IMG/VR virus record: IMGVR_UViG_3300039155_000018
Coordinates: 64,001 to 86,300 of that record
Strand: one strand, 5' to 3'
DNA: 22,300 nt
Source: a virus
Taxonomy: Duplodnaviria > Heunggongvirae > Uroviricota > Caudoviricetes
Shown: piece by piece, positions 15,073 through 22,300 of the stretch
Position numbering within the stretch: the stretch's first letter is position 1
Layout of the letters: each line of letters starts with the position of its first letter
The notes under the pieces: model-generated
Database searches by the model: none
Told to the model about the DNA's origin: nothing
Seen by the model: the letters and a program-made list of their open reading frames with translations, nothing else
Position numbers and translations under genes: made by a program

Positions 15073-15468
15073 ATGACTATGTACTGTGAGTTTTGGTGTT
15101 CACCGCTGAGGCAGGAGATTTATTCTCAGAAATTTATTTCCGCTGGGACGTTTGACACACCACTTATTGATGAGATTAAAGAAAATTATGTAGACACATT
15201 TGGGGATTTCTGGTCCGATGTGTTCGGAGGTGCCTATGCCGAGACAGGCGGACTATTCAAAGTGCTATGTAAGATCAACGTAAACTGGCAATTTAGCTAT
15301 GATTGGGAAGGTTGTCCAGATTACGATGTGCAGTTTGAGATTGAGGTGCTTGGTAACAACAAGTGCGGATCATTTGCCGAATTGAAGTATACTTGGCTTG
15401 AACTTACAGGACGATCTGAGGAATATAATAACAAGATGATTGACTTATATTACGAGGCAGATCAATGA
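15073..15468 (+). CDS. Hypothetical acidic/aromatic protein (131 aa)
   Basis: ATG at 15073 after AAGGGG; ATGA overlap with the next gene. Confidence 0.7.
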   Translation: MTMYCEFWCSPLRQEIYSQKFISAGTFDTPLIDEIKENYVDTFGDFWSDVFGGAYAETGGLFKVLCKINVNWQFSYDWEGCPDYDVQFEIEVLGNNKCGSFAELKYTWLELTGRSEEYNNKMIDLYYEADQ

Positions 15469-15707
15469 AAATTCAACCCATCTTGGACATCAGTAGCATT
15501 GGTCGATCTGAATTTGCAGACATGAATAACATCCTTGAGCAGAAGCGAAAAGATTTCTATCGTGCTACGCTACGTTGTCAGGAACAGTGTATTCAACAGC
15601 TCATTGATGCGGGACTTGATCCTTCAGACTTTACTCTTCTGGAGAAGACAGAAACCGAAGATTGCATAATGACATACAAATGTTGGGCTGAACGGAGAAT
15701 AGAATGA
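15465..15707 (+). CDS. Hypothetical protein (80 aa)
   Basis: GAGG RBS; 4-nt overlaps at both ends. Confidence 0.7.
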   Translation: MKIQPILDISSIGRSEFADMNNILEQKRKDFYRATLRCQEQCIQQLIDAGLDPSDFTLLEKTETEDCIMTYKCWAERRIE

Positions 15708-15907
15708 GGACATTTCAGAAGTATGAGCAAGGTTACGCTCTGTCTCGGGGAAAGATGGAGCGTGTCATGGTGCTCAAAGAGGGTGATGTTTGGACTCAAG
15801 TGGTGTACGTTAACCGGGGACACTATTTGTGTACTTGCAAAGGAAGGGTGAAAACTGGCTGCATCCTACCACTACCCAGCACAAATTCTTGGTGTGGGTC
15901 TGTGTAG
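15704..15907 (+). CDS. Hypothetical protein (67 aa)
   Basis: GGAG RBS; coupled start. Confidence 0.6.
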   Translation: MRTFQKYEQGYALSRGKMERVMVLKEGDVWTQVVYVNRGHYLCTCKGRVKTGCILPLPSTNSWCGSV

Positions 15908-15974
15908 CTCTCAGGCTACGAAACAACACTAAACGAGACATATTGTGGCTCAAGAGCTACTGAGGAGAAATAAA

Positions 15975-16145
15975 ATGAGTAACATCAACATCCGTCTTAA
16001 CATTGTACGATTCTTTATCATTGCAGCATTTGCAATGCCCATCATCAATCCTAGCAACGAAAGTTGGCATATTATCACGTGGCTTGGTCTGGCTGTAGCT
16101 GGGATTACGCTACCTCATAATGTGAAGAAGGAGGACTTTGAATGA
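15975..16145 (+). CDS. Small membrane protein (56 aa, two hydrophobic segments)
   Basis: GAGGAG RBS before MSNINIRL; start moved from 15945. Confidence 0.65.
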   Translation: MSNINIRLNIVRFFIIAAFAMPIINPSNESWHIITWLGLAVAGITLPHNVKKEDFE

Positions 16146-16315
16146 ACATTCTTGAAGCAACTAAGCATCAAGTAGAATTTGAGGAATACTTTGAAGCCTG
16201 CTGTGCAGAATCTCGTAAGCTAGGGTATGTTCATCCAGCAGTATTCCGCATTGATATTGAGGAGTGCTATGACTTCGGCTGTAGCGTACAACAATGCGTT
16301 GAGGAGGTGTTCTGA
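16142..16315 (+). CDS. Hypothetical protein (57 aa, MNILEATKHQVEF...)
   Basis: Hand-translated; GGAGG RBS; coupled at both ends. Confidence 0.65.
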   Translation: MNILEATKHQVEFEEYFEACCAESRKLGYVHPAVFRIDIEECYDFGCSVQQCVEEVF

Positions 16316-16488
16316 TGGAACGTAAACCTTTATGTAGGAATGATATGTTTGAAGTATTCAGCTATTCCGCTCCAGCGCTTGAAATTATTATGACAAACGA
16401 CAGCGGTTGGATTGTAGTTGAGGACGAGGATTCAGCAGAAATGCTCAGAGATGCCTTGGAGAAATTTCTAGAAGGTTTTCGGAAGTAG
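16315..16488 (+). CDS. Hypothetical protein (57 aa, MERKPLCRND...)
   Basis: Hand-translated; TGATG overlap; GGAGG RBS. Confidence 0.65.
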   Translation: MERKPLCRNDMFEVFSYSAPALEIIMTNDSGWIVVEDEDSAEMLRDALEKFLEGFRK

Positions 16489-16496
16489 GAGGAAGA

Positions 16497-16700
16497 ATGA
16501 AGAAAATTATCGTAATCGCTTTGTGTGCTACCCTATTAGGTTGCTACCAAATTACGAATCGGTGGGATATTGAGCGAGCCGTCCATATTTGTGGAGGCGT
16601 CGAAAAGATTGTTGAGATCGAGGTTCTTGCGATTGGTGTGGAATATGTAACTTGCAAAAACGGAAACGTCTTTAATCTGAACAAGGCAAAAATCCAATGA
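16497..16700 (+). CDS. Small lipoprotein (67 aa)
   Basis: MKK + hydrophobic core + LLGC lipobox; GGAGG RBS. Confidence 0.75.
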   Translation: MKKIIVIALCATLLGCYQITNRWDIERAVHICGGVEKIVEIEVLAIGVEYVTCKNGNVFNLNKAKIQ

Positions 16701-16990
16701 ATAGACTAAAAATCATTAAACGACAAATCTCAGATCATAAATTCTCCCGAATCTTTGCACAAAACCTTGACAAGATCGGGGTAGCGTATAAGACAGATTC
16801 TCACGGAACCACAGTAAACAGTGCTCAAGCTGTAAAGGTGGGACGATATATCTACGCTCGTTTCCCTTGCAAGGAACAGGCGGAGAATCGCTTGAATATG
16901 TACTCTTGTCGTTATGATGAGGATTTTCCTCTAGACATGATTACATTTGTACCGTATCCTAAGCCTGTAATTCAGAAAGAGGAATTTTAA
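16697..16990 (+). CDS. Hypothetical protein (97 aa)
   Basis: Coupled at both ends. Confidence 0.7.
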   Translation: MNRLKIIKRQISDHKFSRIFAQNLDKIGVAYKTDSHGTTVNSAQAVKVGRYIYARFPCKEQAENRLNMYSCRYDEDFPLDMITFVPYPKPVIQKEEF

Positions 16991-17118
16991 TGTCTTTTGT
17001 TGTAACTGAAGTGGAATTTACTGGTGAAGATTTCGATCTAAGTAGTGTAGAGGCGGATGAGAGTAGTTTTGGTGAAATGGTGTATGCTGTTGAAGCTGAA
17101 CAGGAGATTCTTGATTGA
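16990..17118 (+). CDS. Very acidic mini-protein (42 aa)
   Basis: Hand-translated MSFVVTEVEFTGEDFDLSSVEADESSFGEMVYAVEAEQEILD; GAGG RBS; TAATG coupling. Confidence 0.65.
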   Translation: MSFVVTEVEFTGEDFDLSSVEADESSFGEMVYAVEAEQEILD

Positions 17119-17381
17119 GTAAAGAAGTAGAGACAGTCGTTGTAAGCTACCAAGAATTTACAGACTACGAGTTCATTCCACCCGCATCTTACTTCATAAT
17201 GGATTCTCTGCAGAATTATGTGTTTTACAAGACTTCAGATCGAGCGAAGGCGCAGAATGCTTGTGATGAGAATTATGGTAAGGGCAGGTACACTGTTAAA
17301 GCATCAAAGATTACAAAAGGTAAGATTAAAAACGAAAGTGGTGAATACACAGTCCGTGGGACGCAAAGTCGGAGGAAATAA
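17115..17381 (+). CDS. Hypothetical protein (88 aa, TTG start)
   Basis: AGGAG RBS; 4-nt overlap. Confidence 0.7.
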   Translation: MSKEVETVVVSYQEFTDYEFIPPASYFIMDSLQNYVFYKTSDRAKAQNACDENYGKGRYTVKASKITKGKIKNESGEYTVRGTQSRRK

Positions 17382-17382
17382 A

Positions 17383-17709
17383 ATGAGCTACAACGGAAAG
17401 AGTAAACCTTGCAAAGAATATCGCTTCTTTGTATATGAAGACGGGGATTTCCGCTACTTCAATAACGTAGAAGATCGAGACAAGTACGCAGATGAGATGA
17501 TCTATATGTACTGTGACGATGGTTGGAATGAGGATGTAGAACAGATCATCTGTGGTGAAATCACCCACACTTGCGAGAAAGTTAATGTTGTAAACCGTCC
17601 ACCAGAAGACGAGATTGACGAGGATGGTAATGATTCAGAAGGCAATTACTGGGCGGAAGAGTGGGAGTCTAAGTGTGATTATGAAATGATTAAACTGGAG
17701 GATCAATGA
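17383..17709 (+). CDS. Hypothetical acidic protein (108 aa, MSYNGKSK...)
   Basis: GGAGG RBS at the internal ATG; start moved from 17218. Confidence 0.75.
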   Translation: MSYNGKSKPCKEYRFFVYEDGDFRYFNNVEDRDKYADEMIYMYCDDGWNEDVEQIICGEITHTCEKVNVVNRPPEDEIDEDGNDSEGNYWAEEWESKCDYEMIKLEDQ

Positions 17710-17981
17710 TTACTGTAATTCTAGCAATTCTACTTATCTGTATCTGTGTAGGTTTTGGGCTTGGCACAACGACTATTTTCTTGATGTCCATGCAAGCTAC
17801 AACTAAGGAGTGGTGGGATCAGTATCAAGAATACTATCAAGAACACGCTGAAAATCCTGTAGAATACTCAACATTTAAAGTGCTGTTTTATCCTCTAGTA
17901 TTCTTCATGGTAATGTTTGGATATCCTGTGATTGCTTATGGGTTGTATAAGAAATATAAGCGAGGTTATAATAATGGTTAA
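17706..17981 (+). CDS. Membrane protein with two predicted TM segments (91 aa)
   Basis: Hydrophobic stretches at residues ~2-27 and ~58-80; GGAGG RBS. Confidence 0.7.
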   Translation: MITVILAILLICICVGFGLGTTTIFLMSMQATTKEWWDQYQEYYQEHAENPVEYSTFKVLFYPLVFFMVMFGYPVIAYGLYKKYKRGYNNG

Positions 17982-18201
17982 AAACGATAAATGGTTTCAA
18001 CATGAGGGGCTGGATCGCACCCACACAATCCTTGTAATGCTGGATCAACTTCTTGGATATGGGGCTGACCCCGAGGATGCTGAAGATCACGTACATCCGA
18101 GTATTTGGAATAAAGAGTGTGAAAATCTTCTCCGAGAAGCTACTAGAAACCTCGCGGAGTTGTATCAAAAGATTGGGGAGTGGGATGAGGGTGAAGCGTA
18201 A
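17974..18201 (+). CDS. Hypothetical protein (75 aa, MVKNDKW...)
   Basis: GAGG RBS; start moved from 17932. Confidence 0.65.
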   Translation: MVKNDKWFQHEGLDRTHTILVMLDQLLGYGADPEDAEDHVHPSIWNKECENLLREATRNLAELYQKIGEWDEGEA

Positions 18202-18607
18202 ATATAAAATTGCCATGCTTGACATGGCAGAGCGGTTTGGTCAGACAAGTTACGCTAAAAGGTTACAAGTGGGTGCCTTGCTTTTTAAGAACGATTCAAT
18301 CATTTCACTCGGTACAAACGGTCAGCCTCCGGGCTGGCCTACTGAGGTCTGCGAAGATGAGGATGGACATACTTTACCTACAGTAAGACATGCAGAAGAC
18401 GCGTGTCTACAGAAACTGTGGAACAGTCATGAAACTGCTGAAGGTGGTATAATGTTTATCAGTCATGCACCTTGCCTCTCGTGTGCCATTAAGCTTGTCA
18501 CGGCAGGCGTAAGTGAGGTAGTATACAGGCACGATTACCGCTCAGCAGAAGGATTGGAGTATCTGGAGTCTAAGGGCGTAAAGGTGGAGCAGTTTAAGGA
18601 GGATTAA
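18191..18607 (+). CDS. dCMP deaminase (138 aa)
   Basis: R.QVGA, S.G.NG, the zinc-binding HAE motif and PC..C (APCLSC). Confidence 0.92.
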   Translation: MKRKYKIAMLDMAERFGQTSYAKRLQVGALLFKNDSIISLGTNGQPPGWPTEVCEDEDGHTLPTVRHAEDACLQKLWNSHETAEGGIMFISHAPCLSCAIKLVTAGVSEVVYRHDYRSAEGLEYLESKGVKVEQFKED

Positions 18608-18849
18608 TGAAAGTACAGGAATTGATTGAGTGGTTGAAAGATTTTGACCAGAATGCAGAAGTGGTGACAGTTGAGCATTTGTCCAGCAGTTCGCACTACG
18701 AACAAGGAGGGACGGCCTACATTGCGCCGTTTGATCCCGAAGTCACCCGGGAGTTTGAATTTATCCTCTACAAACAGGGTAAAACTTGGGAATATGAAGT
18801 AGATACAAAAGGAAATGCTAGACTACTTCTTGGAGTTTATAATGGCTAA
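18607..18849 (+). CDS. Hypothetical protein (80 aa)
   Basis: GGAGG RBS; MKV.ELIE.L N-terminus common in small phage proteins. Confidence 0.7.
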   Translation: MKVQELIEWLKDFDQNAEVVTVEHLSSSSHYEQGGTAYIAPFDPEVTREFEFILYKQGKTWEYEVDTKGNARLLLGVYNG

Positions 18850-19384
18850 ATGGTTCGTATCAGACACTCACTGGGCTCATAATAAAATTCAACAGTTCTG
18901 CCCAAATACTCGTATCCAAGGGACTCTTGAAGAACATGACCAAAAGCTAATTGATAACTGGAATTCTCAAGTGTCGTCTGGTGACGATGTGTATCTCCTT
19001 GGGGATGTTTCCTTTGCTGGAAAGGAGCGTACAAGTGATATCCTGTCCCAAATTAAAGGAAACATCCACCTGATTTATGGAAATCATGATCGTCAACTGT
19101 CTGACCCTGACTTCAAGAAGTTCTTCCGTTCCCGACAGGATTATAAGACTATCCGTGTAGATGGGATTAAAGTGGTGATGTTGCACTATCCTATTCACGA
19201 GTGGGAGCAGATGCAATATGGGGCTTTCCATTTGTTCGGACACGTACATGCTTCGTATCAGTTTGGACGTGGACGTTCCATGAATGTGGGTATCGACGCT
19301 CGCCCAGATGGTGATATGATGTTGTGGAGCTGGGAAGAGATTAAAGAAATCCTTTTACAGAAGGAAATCATTAAGCATCATTAG
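18842..19384 (+). CDS. Calcineurin-like metallophosphoesterase (180 aa)
   Basis: Motifs SDTH, LGDVS, GNHD, HYP and GHVH. Confidence 0.92.
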   Translation: MAKWFVSDTHWAHNKIQQFCPNTRIQGTLEEHDQKLIDNWNSQVSSGDDVYLLGDVSFAGKERTSDILSQIKGNIHLIYGNHDRQLSDPDFKKFFRSRQDYKTIRVDGIKVVMLHYPIHEWEQMQYGAFHLFGHVHASYQFGRGRSMNVGIDARPDGDMMLWSWEEIKEILLQKEIIKHH

Positions 19385-19392
19385 GAGGATTT

Positions 19393-20274
19393 ATGTTTGA
19401 CGATCTGGTAGAAAAGAAGCTTGTACAAAAGAAAACCTACCCGAATGGTCTTTCTATTTACAAGTATAAGAAAAATGTCTTCTGGGATAACCTCTGGCAC
19501 ACTGACGAGCGCCTACTGGACGCTCGTGGTATGGTGCTGGACGAGGAAGGTAATAAGGTGATTTGGCCGTTCACCAAGGTATTCAACTATCAAGAGAATG
19601 GAACTACCCTCCCTCTTGATAAAAAGGTTATTGCTGTTCGTAAAGTGAACGGGTATCTTGCTTGTGCGCGCTGGTGGAAGGGCGAGCTTATTGTAAGCAC
19701 TACAGGGACTCTAGATAGTCAATATGCTGTGTGGGCAAGAGAGCTTCTGAAAGGGAACACCCTTTTCTCAACTTTCCCGCAAATTACCTTTATGTTCGAG
19801 ATTTGTGTGGAACAAGACCCCCATATCATTGATGAGACGCCGGCTGCCTACCTAATTGGTGCCCGATCAACGGCCTATGGTGGCGACATGTGGTCAGAGG
19901 CTGCACTGGATGAGGTAGCGGATAGATTTGATTTTATGCGCCCTTTTTGGACGATGACAGCATTTGGAAACGTTGTTGAAGTAAAGAAGAATCCTAAATG
20001 TTGTGTTGAGGGTTGGATGATCCGTGATGTAGAAACTGGTGAAATTCTGATGAAGGTTAAGTCCAACTACTACCTAAGCAAGAAAGCTTTGATGCGGATG
20101 GGAGATAAGCGGGTAGACATTCTGTTTGATAATCCGTCCCTAATCAAAGAATCCCTTGACGAAGAGTTCTGGGGTGTGGCAGAATTCATCACTCAAAAGT
20201 TTTCTAAAGAGGAATGGAAAGAAATGAATGATCAAGAGCGGCGTAAGGTTATTGAGGAGTATTTCAATGAATAA
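19393..20274 (+). CDS. RNA ligase, T4 Rnl1-like (293 aa)
   Basis: Nucleotidyltransferase motifs KVNG (I), FEI (III), EGWMI (IV) and MKVK (V); N-terminal ARG...D..G...WPF.K.FN block. Confidence 0.85.
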   Translation: MFDDLVEKKLVQKKTYPNGLSIYKYKKNVFWDNLWHTDERLLDARGMVLDEEGNKVIWPFTKVFNYQENGTTLPLDKKVIAVRKVNGYLACARWWKGELIVSTTGTLDSQYAVWARELLKGNTLFSTFPQITFMFEICVEQDPHIIDETPAAYLIGARSTAYGGDMWSEAALDEVADRFDFMRPFWTMTAFGNVVEVKKNPKCCVEGWMIRDVETGEILMKVKSNYYLSKKALMRMGDKRVDILFDNPSLIKESLDEEFWGVAEFITQKFSKEEWKEMNDQERRKVIEEYFNE

Positions 20275-20665
20275 GACTTTGTATCTGATTCGTGGAGTTG
20301 CCGGCGCTGGAAAGACTACGTTTGCGACCGACCTTGCAGAAAGTCTTAATCTTGCGATGTTTGAAGCAGATGATTATTTTTATGATCGTGGAGGTAATTA
20401 CAGTTTCAATCCATCTCTCTTGCACAAAGCTCATAACGAGTGTCAAGACAAAACCGAGGCGTGTATGATGCTCGGTCATGGAGTAGTTGTTTCTAACACA
20501 TTCACAACAGAGAAGGAACTGAAACCTTATACCGATCTTGCTAAAAAGTATGATTACAGGGTGGTTTCTCTCGTTGTAGAGAATCGACACGGAAATAAGT
20601 CTGTACATGATGTTCCTGAAACCACTATTCAAAAGATGAAAGACCGTTTTAGTATTAAACTGTAA
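20267..20665 (+). CDS. P-loop polynucleotide-kinase-like protein (132 aa)
   Basis: RGVAGAGKTT Walker A, EADDYF, VVVSNTF and H.VP motifs; no phosphatase domain. Confidence 0.8.
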   Translation: MNKTLYLIRGVAGAGKTTFATDLAESLNLAMFEADDYFYDRGGNYSFNPSLLHKAHNECQDKTEACMMLGHGVVVSNTFTTEKELKPYTDLAKKYDYRVVSLVVENRHGNKSVHDVPETTIQKMKDRFSIKL

Positions 20666-20674
20666 GGAGGGAAT

Positions 20675-20809
20675 GTGAGTAGCGGAGATAAGTGGTTCTT
20701 TGGTTTCATTACATTGTGGATAATCTTGTGTGCAGGAGAACCTGACCTGTTGGATGCAATCTCTAAACGGATTGCCGGAGAAATTATTTGTAACGTAAAG
20801 GAGAATTGA
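20675..20809 (+). CDS. Small membrane protein (44 aa, ...LCAGEPDLLDAI...)
   Basis: Hand-translated; AAGGAGG RBS; GTG start. Confidence 0.65.
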   Translation: MSSGDKWFFGFITLWIILCAGEPDLLDAISKRIAGEIICNVKEN

Positions 20810-20811
20810 TT

Positions 20812-21198
20812 ATGAAAACTACAGACACCAGGGTAAACACTAAAGTGTTACAACTGCAAAGTGTTATTAATTTTATGCACGAATTGGGCTATGAATATCT
20901 CCCTGTGAGTCACGTCTTCCAGAGCGAGGCGTGGGTGAACCGTGGTCGGAAGGAAGTGAGTTTACGCAATGCGATTAAATTGCACAATGCTGTGTATGAT
21001 GAGATTCATCAGCGCTACTTCAAAGAACCTTTTGGGGATATTCCTCCTGACTGGTATTCTTCTGCGAAGAAAGCGAAAATCGTCCACGTTGCAAAATTGC
21101 AACACAGTAAGCGGAAGGGTTTGATTGTTCAGGGGCATGTGGTAAAATTTGTGAATGCTGACAATACTCAATATTTTATTAAGGGGGAAAGGAAGTGA
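20812..21198 (+). CDS. Hypothetical protein (128 aa)
   Basis: AAGGAG RBS. Confidence 0.7.
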   Translation: MKTTDTRVNTKVLQLQSVINFMHELGYEYLPVSHVFQSEAWVNRGRKEVSLRNAIKLHNAVYDEIHQRYFKEPFGDIPPDWYSSAKKAKIVHVAKLQHSKRKGLIVQGHVVKFVNADNTQYFIKGERK

Positions 21199-21668
21199 GC
21201 GAGAAGCATGAGGTCAGTTGCTGGCATTGTCACGAGATGACATCGTTGGAAACGCGAAACGAATTTGATGGCTGCTGTTGGGCATGTGGAGCTGAAATCG
21301 ACCTTGAGGAATACCTTATCCATGCGATGGATAAGCACGACGAGCATTACGCCGCCCTGTCTGCCGTGACCGCCGAGCGCGATAGGTTGATGACCGAGGT
21401 TGAGCGGTTGAGGGCTTGTATAGTAGCCGACGACGTGAATTTTGATCGGCTTGCCAAAGAGTACAAAACGCTCCAAGCCGAGCGGGACCAGCTCCGGGTA
21501 GAGGCCGACGCGCTACGGAATGATGCAGAGCGGTATCAAGTAAGGCTGGAAACGATCCGAGCGCTTTTCCCTAATGCGCCATCAGATGCTGAGCTTGACA
21601 TTGCCATCGACGCCGCCATGGCTGCAAAGGAGGGGTGTGATGGTCCGGTACAGAATTGCCAAGGTTAA
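21195..21668 (+). CDS. Ead/Ea22-like coiled-coil protein with N-terminal Cys motifs (157 aa)
   Basis: AERD.L...DAERY and LD.AIDAAM blocks recall temperate-phage Ead/Ea22-like proteins; GC is elevated. Confidence 0.55.
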   Translation: MSEKHEVSCWHCHEMTSLETRNEFDGCCWACGAEIDLEEYLIHAMDKHDEHYAALSAVTAERDRLMTEVERLRACIVADDVNFDRLAKEYKTLQAERDQLRVEADALRNDAERYQVRLETIRALFPNAPSDAELDIAIDAAMAAKEGCDGPVQNCQG

Positions 21669-21822
21669 GACTGTGGGGATAGACCCGTTTGAAAAGAATG
21701 ACAAAGCTCAGGAACTTCTGAAACGTAAGTGCTTTTATGGGAACCCCTCTAAGGAAAATAAAGCAGTTCTAGATTTTCCAGAACAGAAACGCATATGGGA
21801 AGTTGAAGGAGAAGGTGAGTGA
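21640..21822 (+). CDS. Hypothetical protein (60 aa, MVRYRIAKV...)
   Basis: AAGGAGG RBS; coupled to the ligase start. Confidence 0.65.
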   Translation: MVRYRIAKVKTVGIDPFEKNDKAQELLKRKCFYGNPSKENKAVLDFPEQKRIWEVEGEGE

Positions 21823-22300
21823 ATAAGATTCTCTTTGGTAAAGATAAGAATGGTGGATTCAAAGAGTGGCGAATTTCCGTCTTTGGGGATGTGATTGCTA
21901 TCACCCATGGGAAGGAAGGTGGGAAGATGCAGACCAAAACGGAAGTGATCCAAGGTAAGAACATTGGCCGATCAAATGAAACCTCTCCCGAACAACAAGC
22001 TATTCTGGAAGCTGAAAGTCGTTATAAAAAGCAACTTGATAAAGATTATCGAGAAAACAAAGCAGACTTGGAAGAACTTGAAATCCTTCCGATGTTGGCT
22101 AGTGACTATCATAAGCAAGGACATCGGATTGTCTACCCATGCGTTGTTCAACCAAAGCTTGATGGTTGCCGCTGCTTGGCTATTCGTCACGAAGACCATG
22201 TAGAGCTGCGATCCCGTGGAGGTAAGGAGTATACAGTTGCACATATTCAAGACGAACTTATGTGTGTGATGAAGGTTGGTGAAGTGTGGGACGGGGAAAT
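21819..22300 (+). CDS. ATP-dependent DNA ligase, 3'-partial
   Basis: Hand translation from the GTG: MNKILFGKDKNGG...GKNIGRSNETS...PMLA...QPKLDGCRC (motif I)...SRGGK...WDGE (motif III). Absent from the ORF track. Confidence 0.92.
   Translation, partial: MNKILFGKDKNGGFKEWRISVFGDVIAITHGKEGGKMQTKTEVIQGKNIGRSNETSPEQQAILEAESRYKKQLDKDYRENKADLEELEILPMLASDYHKQGHRIVYPCVVQPKLDGCRCLAIRHEDHVELRSRGGKEYTVAHIQDELMCVMKVGEVWDGE

Noticed and set aside
14897-15076. Possible TTG- or GTG-started ORF (59 or 25 aa) before 15073
   Set aside because: The start is ambiguous, there are no motifs, and the upstream part looks non-coding.
17218-18815. ORF-track N-terminal extensions (17218, 17932, 18053, 18815; also 12576, 15945, 20228, 21574)
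   Set aside because: They overlap upstream genes heavily; downstream starts have RBSs and tight coupling.
1-22300. CRISPR array, rRNA, integrase or IS element
   Set aside because: No regularly spaced repeats or diagnostic motifs were seen.

Overview
Fragment of a lytic tailed-phage genome with Felix O1/PAK_P1-like myovirus gene order. A Pseudomonas-type host is plausible but cannot be shown from this window. It has two divergent arms. The minus arm (about 14,300 to 1) carries a family-A/TV-Pol-like polymerase gene, small hypothetical genes, an ncRNA island, a free-standing HNH endonuclease and a TerS candidate. It continues with a large terminase split by a 997-nt group I intron encoding a homing endonuclease, then portal, S49 protease/scaffold, head decoration protein, major capsid and neck genes. 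The ncRNA island holds a CUCC-loop sRNA candidate, one odd but complete tRNA-Thr, three aberrant tRNA-like elements and a further structured RNA. The plus arm (14,461 to end) carries many small early/middle ORFs, a dCMP deaminase, a phosphoesterase + RNA ligase + kinase triad and the start of an ATP-dependent DNA ligase. The most unusual parts are the ncRNA island at 10.2-11.7 kb, the terL intron, the TV-Pol-like gene and the domain insertion in the decoration protein. No searches were run, so all family assignments rest on motifs and synteny.
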